From: a virus
Length of the DNA stretch: 64,000 nt
Virus record (IMG/VR): IMGVR_UViG_3300020411_003715
Span: 32,001 to 96,000 of that record
Strand: one strand, 5' to 3'
Of this stretch, positions 9,158-17,285 are shown piece by piece; the first letter of the stretch is position 1, and each line of letters opens with the position of its first letter. Below the pieces are notes generated by a model. It was not told the origin of the DNA. It saw only the letters and a program-made list of their open reading frames with translations, and made no database searches. Both the position numbers and the translations under genes were made by a program.

Positions 9158-10756
9158 TTACTCCGCCTTCTTCAGGTCGCCCCACCCGCCTGCTTTCTTA
9201 TCAGAAACCACTCGGGCAGTGCGCCTTTTGCTCTTGGAAGGACTCTTCTTTTTACTACTGTCCATCTCCTCGTTGGCTCGTAACGCTCGTCCGCTTGCCC
9301 ACTTCCGGAGAGACTCAATCCTCTTCTCCATCGTTACAGACAGCGGGACCGTTCTAGCTGCGGCAGACTCCATGTCCTCGATAGTCAATTCGCGGCCATT
9401 ATCAAAGGCGGCGTATAGACCATCAACGACAACCTGCTCAATCTCTGCGCCAGTAAAGGACTCCGTTGCTGACACAAGACTTTTGAGATCAAAGTTTTGA
9501 GGCTCTCTCCCCATTCGGTTTAGGTGAATCTTAAACACCTCTTCCCGATCGGAAGCATTTGGGAGGTCAACGAAGAATAGCTCGTCAAACCGACCCTTTC
9601 GGAGCATTTCAGGCGGAAGCGCTGAAACATCGTTTGCGGTAGCAACCACAAAAACCTGGGAAGTCTTTTCTGACATCCAGGAGAGAAAGCTACCAAAAAC
9701 ACGCGCAGACGTACCGCTATCATGTGATCCTTGAGCAGAACCAAAGCCCTTCTCGATCTCATCAATCCAAAGAACGCACGGAGAGATTGCTTCAGCAGTC
9801 TTGATGGCTTTTCGAAAATTCGCTTCCGATTGACCAACGTACTGCCCAAATAGAGCCCCAACATCCATACGTAGAACGGGCATATTCCAAGCAGCGCCGA
9901 TACACTTAGCAGTGAGCGACTTCCCTGTGCCCGGGATTCCTACAATCAAGACCCCCTTTGGGTGAGGTAGTCCGAATTTACGGGCATCTTCACTAAAGGC
10001 TTTTCCTCGCTGACCGAGCCAGCTTTTAAGAGTGACGAGCCCCCCAACGTCTTTCATCTCACGATCTACGTCATGGAATTGCAGCACACCGGACTTGCGT
10101 ATGATGTGCTTTTTCTCTTCCATAACAACTCGTGGGTCGAGGGTCTCACACTTAGCCAGAGATTTGGAGAATACGTTCTCTACCTCTCCGAGCGTAAGAC
10201 CGAGGGCTGCACGACAGCCAACACCCACTAATTGATCCTGCTCTTCTTTTGGGACAGCGTCCCCGAAAAAGTCATTCACAATTGGAGAGGTCCATACGCG
10301 AAGCTCATCGGCGCTTGGTAGATCAAAGTCCACAACAGACATAATCTTCTCAAGGCGTGGTGGGATTTTAAGCTCACTATCAATTATTACAATAGTAATA
10401 CCTGGGTTCATCGAAGACGTAAGGTCACGAAGCTTCCTTTGTACCGGATAGCATGGCCCCTCGTTCAACCAGTAACCGAAGTCCTTCAAAAGAAAAACCG
10501 CTGACTGGTCGTGATCCCCGATTTTATCCAGAATCTCTAGGGGTGTCTCGATGTCAGGAAAGTGATCTTTCCCGCAATAGGCACCCTCTGTAAAAGACCA
10601 AGTCCACAGTGCGGAGTTGGCTTCACTAAGTTTGTTCTTGCCCTCAACGATTCTGGACAAGGCTTGCGCAACCCGGTGTTCTTCGTGACTAACCACGTAA
10701 ACCACCGGGTGCGCTGCCCTGATCAGAACGTCGAGTTCTTCGACGCTTTGGTTCAT
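9158..10756 (-). CDS. Ycf46-type AAA+ ATPase
   Basis: Degenerate N-terminal AAA domain plus [18 protein letters not shown] (Walker A), LWIDEIEKG (Walker B), [21 protein letters not shown]. Confidence 0.9.
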   Translation of the reverse strand: MNQSVEELDVLIRAAHPVVYVVSHEEHRVAQALSRIVEGKNKLSEANSALWTWSFTEGAYCGKDHFPDIETPLEILDKIGDHDQSAVFLLKDFGYWLNEGPCYPVQRKLRDLTSSMNPGITIVIIDSELKIPPRLEKIMSVVDFDLPSADELRVWTSPIVNDFFGDAVPKEEQDQLVGVGCRAALGLTLGEVENVFSKSLAKCETLDPRVVMEEKKHIIRKSGVLQFHDVDREMKDVGGLVTLKSWLGQRGKAFSEDARKFGLPHPKGVLIVGIPGTGKSLTAKCIGAAWNMPVLRMDVGALFGQYVGQSEANFRKAIKTAEAISPCVLWIDEIEKGFGSAQGSHDSGTSARVFGSFLSWMSEKTSQVFVVATANDVSALPPEMLRKGRFDELFFVDLPNASDREEVFKIHLNRMGREPQNFDLKSLVSATESFTGAEIEQVVVDGLYAAFDNGRELTIEDMESAAARTVPLSVTMEKRIESLRKWASGRALRANEEMDSSKKKSPSKSKRRTARVVSDKKAGGWGDLKKAE

Positions 10757-11667
10757 TACTCTCCTACTCGAATGCGACGCTTGCGCTTCACAGTCTTCTT
10801 CTTAGAAGTGCTCGCCTCTTCCACTACAGGCTCCTCTTCGGAGTCGATAATGTTGAGAAGCTCTTCGGTTTCAAGCTCACAGAAGTACCATCGAACAACA
10901 CGATCGATAGCATCTCGATACTCTTTGTCGAGTTCTGTGTCCCGGTTGTTCGCGATATACGTACGAATCTCTTCCATCTCCTTCTTGGACCTGTAAGTCT
11001 TCGCCCGCTTCCGCTGCTTAGTCTCAGGAACCTCGTCCTTACCCATTCCGAGAATCTGCTCCAGGATCTCATCCTGTCCCTTCTCGTTCGGGGTGCCGTC
11101 TTGGTTGACAACCTTGGCCAGCTTTTTGGCCTGGGTCATCGTGATACGGCCATGACGAAGCGCCTCAAAGGCTACCGTGCTCAACCCCTTATAGGTTGAA
11201 CAAAGGACACTCACTTGAGGCTGCGAAATATTAAGCATGCTGGCGACCTTTTCCTGTGTGCCTACACGCTCATTAAGTCGATAAACAGCCTCACACTTAT
11301 CAGCAAAGTTCAACGTCTCGCGCTGAAGGTTCTCACTGATGTTTAGTGCGAGTGCGTCCTCAAGGTTACCATCGTGGACACCACAAGAAATGGTATCGAA
11401 AAACCCTCCGGTGTCACCACCACTGTCCAGACGCGTCTGACGTTCGTCAGCAATTGCCTGCATGCGGCGATAGCCCGCAACAAGGACTACCCGCTCCTCA
11501 CCATTAGCGTCAGTTGTGATGTGAACAATAGGAGGGTTCATCAAACCATCAGACACAATAGAGGCCTGAAGGTCTCTTGTGTCACCGATGTCGGACCGGC
11601 TATTCCTAAAGCCGAGCACATTCTTCTCAATCTTCTCAATAGGAAATGTTCGCTGTTCTAGCTGCAT
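10756..11667 (-). CDS. parB: ParB/Spo0J-like protein (ParB-N plus HTH)
   Basis: DLQASI..DGLMNPPIV..LVAGYRRMQA, NISENLQRETL, HTH TQEKVASMLNISQPQVS. Confidence 0.75.
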   Translation of the reverse strand: MQLEQRTFPIEKIEKNVLGFRNSRSDIGDTRDLQASIVSDGLMNPPIVHITTDANGEERVVLVAGYRRMQAIADERQTRLDSGGDTGGFFDTISCGVHDGNLEDALALNISENLQRETLNFADKCEAVYRLNERVGTQEKVASMLNISQPQVSVLCSTYKGLSTVAFEALRHGRITMTQAKKLAKVVNQDGTPNEKGQDEILEQILGMGKDEVPETKQRKRAKTYRSKKEMEEIRTYIANNRDTELDKEYRDAIDRVVRWYFCELETEELLNIIDSEEEPVVEEASTSKKKTVKRKRRIRVGE

Positions 11668-11770
11668 TTTCTTCTCCGTGTTGGTGTTCCTAACACCTGA
11701 ATCATCGTTTTGGGTTACCAGTAGTCAAAGTTTATAACCCGTAATATCTCCATGTAAATCGTGTCTATTG

Positions 11771-11886
11771 ATGACAATGTAGTTATTGTCAGTGACAGGT
11801 TTATTGTTGTCACCGAATAACTATTAAATTCAAACACTTACACAAAGGTGTCTTCTAGGGACGTGTGACAATAACTACTCTGTCAC
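11771..11886. repeat. Left array of three palindromic TGACA-N10-TGTCA boxes
   Basis: Boxes at 11772, 11793 (adjacent pair) and 11866. Confidence 0.9.
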
Positions 11887-11892
11887 CCCTGC

Positions 11893-12969
11893 CTAGTTCT
11901 TAGTCTTCGCTGCAATGTTTCTTCTTCTTCTCTTGGGAGCGCCTTCTGTGGCGACAGCTCCAGAAGTTCCCATATAGGTCTTTAGCGCTGCTGGGTCCCC
12001 TTCAACCTTAACTCCTGAGGAGGTCAGAATGATCTTTAACCCAGTAAGATTTACGACCACGTTATCCCCATGGACGCTGATCTTGCTTAGTGAAGGGAAC
12101 CATTGGCCAAGCTGACCAAGCTCATGACTGAGTGTTCCTATATGCGCTGGTATAGAGAAAGGATCTACTTGCTCAGAGTCTACTCTGAACTTATGAATGG
12201 CTTCCCTCTCAAACCTGGAAAAGTTTACTCTGTTTAGAGCATTGACTGCTGCATTGATTCGATCAGTCTCAGAAGATGCTCTTACGTAGTCAGTATCTCT
12301 TCCAACTTCCATACTCAGCTTATCAAGAAGCTTTGCTATTCCGCCTTGTCTATTTTTGACCTCTGAGATCATTTCTCTAAACCAAGCGAACTCTTTTAGT
12401 ACAGAGTCTAGATCTTCTTGAGTAAGAATCTTCAACTCACTTGTTACACTACAACGCTTCTCTCTGAGAGCTTGTATGTCAGAAATAAGCTTAGCTGAGT
12501 CTGTAACTAAAAGTTCTATCTCAGAAAGTAAGCTCTCCAGATTGACTTCATCTTTTTCAATTATACCCCCATTTGAGATAACTCGGCTAGAAAAGATTTT
12601 GAAGTCAGTCTTACTGATAGAGAAGTCTTGAAGACAAGATCTCATTTTTCTCACTAAGACTTGGGGGATGTTTCTAGCTATGTATGGTCTCAGACTCTTA
12701 AAAGAGTTTAATGAGACTAGGAAAGAAGCAGTGACAGAGTCCATAATTCTGAATGGCATATGTACATGAATCTCTCCTGTATTTGTTTCTTTCCATAAGT
12801 AAACATGACCTTTTTCAACAGGCGTAAGGTCATCGTCGTAAAAGGCTGCCTCTTCTGGATCAGATGGGTCACAGAATAAGTTCTCTGAATATGTAGAGGT
12901 CTTCTTCGTAACCAGCCCCTTTACCAGAATCGGTGGATCAACCCTATCGTTGGTTAGTCGTAGTTCCAC
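11893..12969 (-). CDS. Orphan coiled-coil protein in an AT-rich segment
   Basis: GTG start with AGGAG SD; 358 aa; visibly more AT-rich than flanks; basic tail PKRRRR. Confidence 0.75.
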   Translation of the reverse strand: MELRLTNDRVDPPILVKGLVTKKTSTYSENLFCDPSDPEEAAFYDDDLTPVEKGHVYLWKETNTGEIHVHMPFRIMDSVTASFLVSLNSFKSLRPYIARNIPQVLVRKMRSCLQDFSISKTDFKIFSSRVISNGGIIEKDEVNLESLLSEIELLVTDSAKLISDIQALREKRCSVTSELKILTQEDLDSVLKEFAWFREMISEVKNRQGGIAKLLDKLSMEVGRDTDYVRASSETDRINAAVNALNRVNFSRFEREAIHKFRVDSEQVDPFSIPAHIGTLSHELGQLGQWFPSLSKISVHGDNVVVNLTGLKIILTSSGVKVEGDPAALKTYMGTSGAVATEGAPKRRRRNIAAKTKN

Positions 12970-12994
12970 AGGTTCTCCTAAGATGTGTGATAGC

Positions 12995-13110
12995 GTGACA
13001 AGTTATTCTCTGTCACCATGCTTATACCACAAATGTTTGTTAACTAGCTGTAATCACTGGATTACATGTGACAGGATAGAGTCTGTCACTGACAACAACT
13101 AGTCTGTCAC
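12995..13110. repeat. Right array of three palindromic TGACA-N10-TGTCA boxes (mirror of left array)
   Basis: Boxes at 12996, 13069 and 13090. Confidence 0.9.
13020..13028 (-). promoter_or_regulatory. GGTATAAG promoter-like motif
   Basis: One of about nine intergenic copies oriented toward gene starts (see findings). Confidence 0.55.
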
Positions 13111-13163
13111 TATTAGTGATCTATGTATACAGATCAATACATAGCATATCAAGGATTAGTTGT

Positions 13164-13532
13164 TTAATCGGAACCCGCTGTGAGATAGCTTAGGTCTGGG
13201 AGCCTCATCTCTGGGTCCGTGTCTGTGCGCTGAATCTTTCTTCTCTCCTCACGAACTCGTTTGTCATGAGACATGAGCATGCACTCAGCATCTACTCGGA
13301 TATGTCGAGGGTCTCCGCCCTGGCAAATCCTTACCCGGTCCCCGTCATGTAAGACTATGACCGGATCACCGGACAGCACGTGGGGGAGCTTGACAAAACT
13401 TAGGGCGGACATCGGGTGGGCATACCGCAGGTGTCTTGGGGTGAATTTGTTTGTCGAGAATTTTCCGTCCACGGCGTCAACTGACACCCGCGACCCCTCG
13501 AATAGCCACCGTATTTGTCTTATGTCTATCAC
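13164..13532 (-). CDS. Hypothetical protein
   Basis: 122-aa ORF in operon orientation. Confidence 0.55.
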   Translation of the reverse strand: MIDIRQIRWLFEGSRVSVDAVDGKFSTNKFTPRHLRYAHPMSALSFVKLPHVLSGDPVIVLHDGDRVRICQGGDPRHIRVDAECMLMSHDKRVREERRKIQRTDTDPEMRLPDLSYLTAGSD

Positions 13533-13580
13533 ACAGTAATAATAGCAGTGTCCGGGTTTGCTTAGAACTCTTGGTTTAAA

Positions 13581-13606
13581 TAAAAAGGAGAGGATAACCC
13601 CCTCCT
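13581..13606 (-). terminator. Intrinsic terminator
   Basis: Minus strand AGGAGGGG-GTTAT-CCTCTCCT followed by a T tract; one G.U pair fits the minus orientation. Confidence 0.6.
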
Positions 13607-13646
13607 AGGCGACTACACCCCCTTTCGGGGGTGCGTCACCAAAAGG

Positions 13647-14372
13647 CTACTTAGTAGCCGAGACCTTCTTTTTCTTACGGGACCGACGGACCCGCTGAAA
13701 CCGAAGGCCTGCTTCGGACATGAGCTTGACGTGAGCCCACGGAAGAGCGCTAGTAAGCGCAACCCTCTCACTCTCGTCATCCCATTCCCCCTCGACAACC
13801 TTTGCGTAGCTTGGCTGTACGTGCTTGGCCATGAACTCTTTGATGTCCACGGTAAACCGCAAGCCTCGACTAGCCGCAAAGCTGACAAGGTAAGCAGGGA
13901 CTTGGAGAAGAGCCATGAGGTCCTTGTCCTCATTTGTCATCTCCCCAACGAGGACCTTAAGCCCTGTATCCCTTTCGAGAACAGAGATCATCTCCTCATT
14001 CTTCTCAAGCCCAACGAGCATGATCGCCGAGCTTACAAATGCTCGGATAAACTCTGCTCGGGACTTTGCCTTCTCCTCGACAGAGGGCTTCTTGGTGCCT
14101 CGGCCCCATCCACCTTGGCAGATGAAGTTCATTGCACCGCTTCCGTCGAAGTACCCATTGGTCTCAAGCTGGAAGGCGTACTTACAACGCATTCCACTCT
14201 CCGAGACCGGGTTACCGACATAGGAGACGGAACCATCTCCGTTCTCCCGCTTCAGCAACTCGGTTACCGTTTTGTTGTACGTGATCGTGATCACGTCGGG
14301 AGCACGCTTAGGATCAATAAGGCTTTGCATTGGGAGACCAGACGCCCAACTTTTCTTAGTATCAAAACTCAT
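13647..14372 (-). CDS. Hypothetical protein directly downstream of E1
   Basis: 241 aa, GGAGG SD, basic tail RRSRKKKK. Confidence 0.7.
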   Translation of the reverse strand: MSFDTKKSWASGLPMQSLIDPKRAPDVITITYNKTVTELLKRENGDGSVSYVGNPVSESGMRCKYAFQLETNGYFDGSGAMNFICQGGWGRGTKKPSVEEKAKSRAEFIRAFVSSAIMLVGLEKNEEMISVLERDTGLKVLVGEMTNEDKDLMALLQVPAYLVSFAASRGLRFTVDIKEFMAKHVQPSYAKVVEGEWDDESERVALTSALPWAHVKLMSEAGLRFQRVRRSRKKKKVSATK

Positions 14373-14406
14373 AACAAGGACCTCCTAGGACACTGTGGTT
14401 TATGAA

Positions 14407-15072
14407 TTAAGCGGTCCGGTTCAACCTCCAGTTTGTAAAGTCAATCTCTACAACCTTGAAGTTGATCGGCTCGCAAATAACACTCTTTGCCACGGCAGAG
14501 CAGATAAGCGAAGCCAGCCCGTATGCGCAGAAAATGGTAGCTTTCTCCGTACACGGAAGTGGCATAGCTTCTTCATCACTGAATAAACTTTTCTCATAGT
14601 TTTCGACAGTTTCGCGATCCCCCTTATCTACAAAGAAAACCTGTCCAAAACGCGCAGCCATTCGACCGTCAATAAAGAATCTTGCTGACGGGCTCATGAG
14701 AAATGATTCGAAGATGGCCTTCCTGGAAGACATGCTGTCCACTGCGGACACTACGTAGGTTTCTTCAAACGTGTGACCCTCTTCGACTCTAGCAAATTCA
14801 GCGATAATTTCAGCGCCAGTCCCTTCGGATAAACGCTTAGCTAAGGCTTCAACTTTCTTATACCCAATTTCTGGTATGAAATAGCCTTGGTTGGCTAGGT
14901 TATGGGACTCTACCGTGTCGTCATCAAAGACCTTGATTCTTCGAACACCCATTTTAGTTAGCGTCTCGACGGTGTGGGAGCCGATAGCCCCAGCACCGAC
15001 AACGCCTACAGTGATGTTATTGATTAGGCCATCAGGAATAATCCCTGATTGCCGAGTAGTATCGATCATCAT
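14407..15072 (-). CDS. E1-like (ThiF/MoeB family) Ubl-activating enzyme
   Basis: VGVVGAGAIGS, DDDTVESHNLANQ, KKVEAL, SAVDSMSSRK, FIDGRM, candidate catalytic Cys in PLPCTEKAT; TAATG coupling to the JAB stop. Confidence 0.9.
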   Translation of the reverse strand: MMIDTTRQSGIIPDGLINNITVGVVGAGAIGSHTVETLTKMGVRRIKVFDDDTVESHNLANQGYFIPEIGYKKVEALAKRLSEGTGAEIIAEFARVEEGHTFEETYVVSAVDSMSSRKAIFESFLMSPSARFFIDGRMAARFGQVFFVDKGDRETVENYEKSLFSDEEAMPLPCTEKATIFCAYGLASLICSAVAKSVICEPINFKVVEIDFTNWRLNRTA

Positions 15073-16133
15073 TAGCATACCCCCTTCTTCAAAAGCTCTG
15101 GATCGGTCATGTAGCCAAAGGCACTTTCCTCTTCCTCATCATCAAAACCCTCATCGACATCGAACTCTTCGTCCGATTTATCGTCGGGGTTCCCAACGAG
15201 CGTGTAGTTGTGAACCTCTTCAAGCTCCTGCTCCACCTCCTCGGTAGACAGCTCTTTAGCGCACCACTTTCCGAAAAGCTGAACGGCCTCGTTAGAGTCA
15301 ATATCCCCCCCATCATAAGCGTCTTGGAGGTGTACCAACTCATCCGGGAACTTAATGTCCTGGTCGTCGTAGCGATACTCGTACCCCCGGGTAGTTACCT
15401 CTTCTTCCGGAGCCTCTTCCTCTTCAACATCGCTTTCCCACATCCACCGGTTTCCGTGGAGGACACGGCTTCCGTTTGTTACGATTGGGCGAGAAGACCG
15501 ACTCCAGTCGGAGTACCCTGAGTACCAAGACTTATTCTTACCGGCACGCTTCACGGACGTAAGTGTTTCCACAGTCCGGGCAGACCGTGTCACATATTTT
15601 TCCACCATCTCTTCACCCCACCCATCCGGGAGGATGTTGATCTGGTCGACTGACCATGTGCACCTTTCAAAGGTCTGCCTAAACGGCTTAAACATTTCTA
15701 CACGAACATTAAGCTCGCGCTTCTTGTTAGCGATGATGAAGATACCAACGTCACCGAGAAGCTCGTTACCAGCAATAGTCTCAATCCACTGCTCATCTAC
15801 ACCTGACTGGGATACCCCCATATTCACGTGGCTGTGGAAGTGGACAGCCCTCCGCTTCCCAGGGTTCTCCCAGCCCTCATCCTTCAAGGACATAAGCTGG
15901 TCTGTCAGACCATCTGAGTCCATCTCAGTGTACGTTCCTGTACACGATTGAGAGGAGGGTCTGAACTCTGAGATATAGAAGTCCTCCTTAACGCCTGCCT
16001 TTTTCTTGTCTTCGTTGGTAGCCAAAAACCCCATTGCACTAATTTCGATGTCGCACGCATCTACTAAGGCAAACATTTGCTGATACGCACGAGTAGTAAA
16101 CCTAACTGTTGGTTTCGTCGTTGTTTTGGACAT
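15072..16133 (-). CDS. JAB/MPN (JAMM) isopeptidase with acidic C-terminal tail
   Basis: Upstream Glu in CDIEISAMG; HSH-x7-S-x2-D motif (HSHVNMGVSQSGVD). Confidence 0.85.
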   Translation of the reverse strand: MSKTTTKPTVRFTTRAYQQMFALVDACDIEISAMGFLATNEDKKKAGVKEDFYISEFRPSSQSCTGTYTEMDSDGLTDQLMSLKDEGWENPGKRRAVHFHSHVNMGVSQSGVDEQWIETIAGNELLGDVGIFIIANKKRELNVRVEMFKPFRQTFERCTWSVDQINILPDGWGEEMVEKYVTRSARTVETLTSVKRAGKNKSWYSGYSDWSRSSRPIVTNGSRVLHGNRWMWESDVEEEEAPEEEVTTRGYEYRYDDQDIKFPDELVHLQDAYDGGDIDSNEAVQLFGKWCAKELSTEEVEQELEEVHNYTLVGNPDDKSDEEFDVDEGFDDEEEESAFGYMTDPELLKKGVC

Positions 16134-17208
16134 TTGCTTCTTCTCCGTAAGTTTGGATTGTCTTTAATGCCTCTTCGGCCATACTTATAAACGGGACCAC
16201 CTCTGCCAGAACACACTGCCCATTCTTAGAGGAAGGGTGACTATTTCGGTGGTAGAGCATGCATTCTGAGTGCGTTAGTCCACACGCAGCCTTTTGCTGC
16301 TCTTCCGATTCCTTCGCACACTCCGGACAATTGAGCTTGAATTCGCTACTATGTCTTGGGCAGCTATGGTGATCCCATAGATTCTGGACACCCAAGTCCC
16401 TAAGCTTAATATAGGGGTCTGCGGGGTTATACGTACGAAGATATTCAGTCATTGTATAAATGACGTTTGCCACATCATAGGATCCCATATGCTCGATGAG
16501 CATACGCTCAACGTTTCCAAGACAGGGGTTACCCTCTGATTGAACGTGTGGATGGGCATACCCACGCACGCTAATATTATCCTCAAAAGGGATAACTTTG
16601 GCCTGGACTCTTCGATATCCGCCCGAGTAGTAAAACAAGACCGACACCTCGAACCTACCGAAAGAGTTAGGGAAGGACTCGGGCTTGAAACGCCTCTTTA
16701 TGTAGATGTCGTTAGTGAACCACTTTAGCGTAGTTCTTTTCTCCGCCTCATCATGACTAAACACAACAGGCTTTGTCCTATCTACATACTCCATAACGGA
16801 GCTGAGCATGAATGCCCTATTTTCTATTGATTGCTCAGTATAAAGCTCTTCGTGACGATTCCCGTAGGCCGCACTTTCATTAAGTTCTCTTTGAAGCTCG
16901 TCGCGAGTTGTTTTTACCTTGTAGAGAACATCTTGGTTGTTCATCAACTTACGTCTAGCGTCTGCCCAAGATTTCTTTCTCTTCTCAAGTCTTGCCCTGG
17001 CCAGATCAACAGACTTAGCTGTTTCCTCTAGAACTCTTGAGCGCTTGTTGAACTTTTCCTCTGCTGCTGAAATCTTGCTTGATAACTTTTTGATCTCTGA
17101 CTCAAGGGCTTGAATCTGTGCCTGATTTCTCTCACCAGAGGTCGCAACTATATTAGAAAGTAATTCTTTAATTTCCTGATCGCCCCGAAGCTCGATTGCG
17201 ATATCCAT
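16102..17208 (-). CDS. Coiled-coil, prokaryotic E2 (UBC-fold), Cys/His-cluster protein
   Basis: Start MDIAIEL at 17208 (AGGAGG SD); HPHVQSEGNPCLGN matches the E2 HPN..G.xCL active-site pattern (Cys codon 16522-16524); C-terminal CPRH..CPEC..C..H..C. Confidence 0.75.
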   Translation of the reverse strand: MDIAIELRGDQEIKELLSNIVATSGERNQAQIQALESEIKKLSSKISAAEEKFNKRSRVLEETAKSVDLARARLEKRKKSWADARRKLMNNQDVLYKVKTTRDELQRELNESAAYGNRHEELYTEQSIENRAFMLSSVMEYVDRTKPVVFSHDEAEKRTTLKWFTNDIYIKRRFKPESFPNSFGRFEVSVLFYYSGGYRRVQAKVIPFEDNISVRGYAHPHVQSEGNPCLGNVERMLIEHMGSYDVANVIYTMTEYLRTYNPADPYIKLRDLGVQNLWDHHSCPRHSSEFKLNCPECAKESEEQQKAACGLTHSECMLYHRNSHPSSKNGQCVLAEVVPFISMAEEALKTIQTYGEEANVQNNDETNS

Positions 17209-17224
17209 GCTTCCTCCTGGTAAC

Positions 17225-17257
17225 AAAAAAGGGGCGAAGTCAAAAAGACTCCGCCCC
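17225..17257 (-). terminator. Intrinsic terminator between Ubl and E2 genes
   Basis: Minus strand GGGGCGGAGTC-TTTTT-GACTTCGCCCC-TTTTTT; 11-bp stem with G.U only in the minus orientation. Confidence 0.8.
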
Positions 17258-17285
17258 TCTTAGTGGGTCTATGTTTGCTGTGTAT

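Noticed and set aside
11771-13110. Intact IS or transposon
   Set aside because: The enclosed protein shows no DDE, tyrosine- or serine-recombinase motif I can recognise, and no clear target-site duplication. Reported only as a binding-site array.
14407-15072. ThiF/MoeB as a thiamine or molybdopterin biosynthesis gene
   Set aside because: No thiS/thiG, moaD/moaE or rhodanese partners are present; the neighbours are JAB, E2 and a capped Ubl, and the MoeB zinc CxxC pairs are absent.
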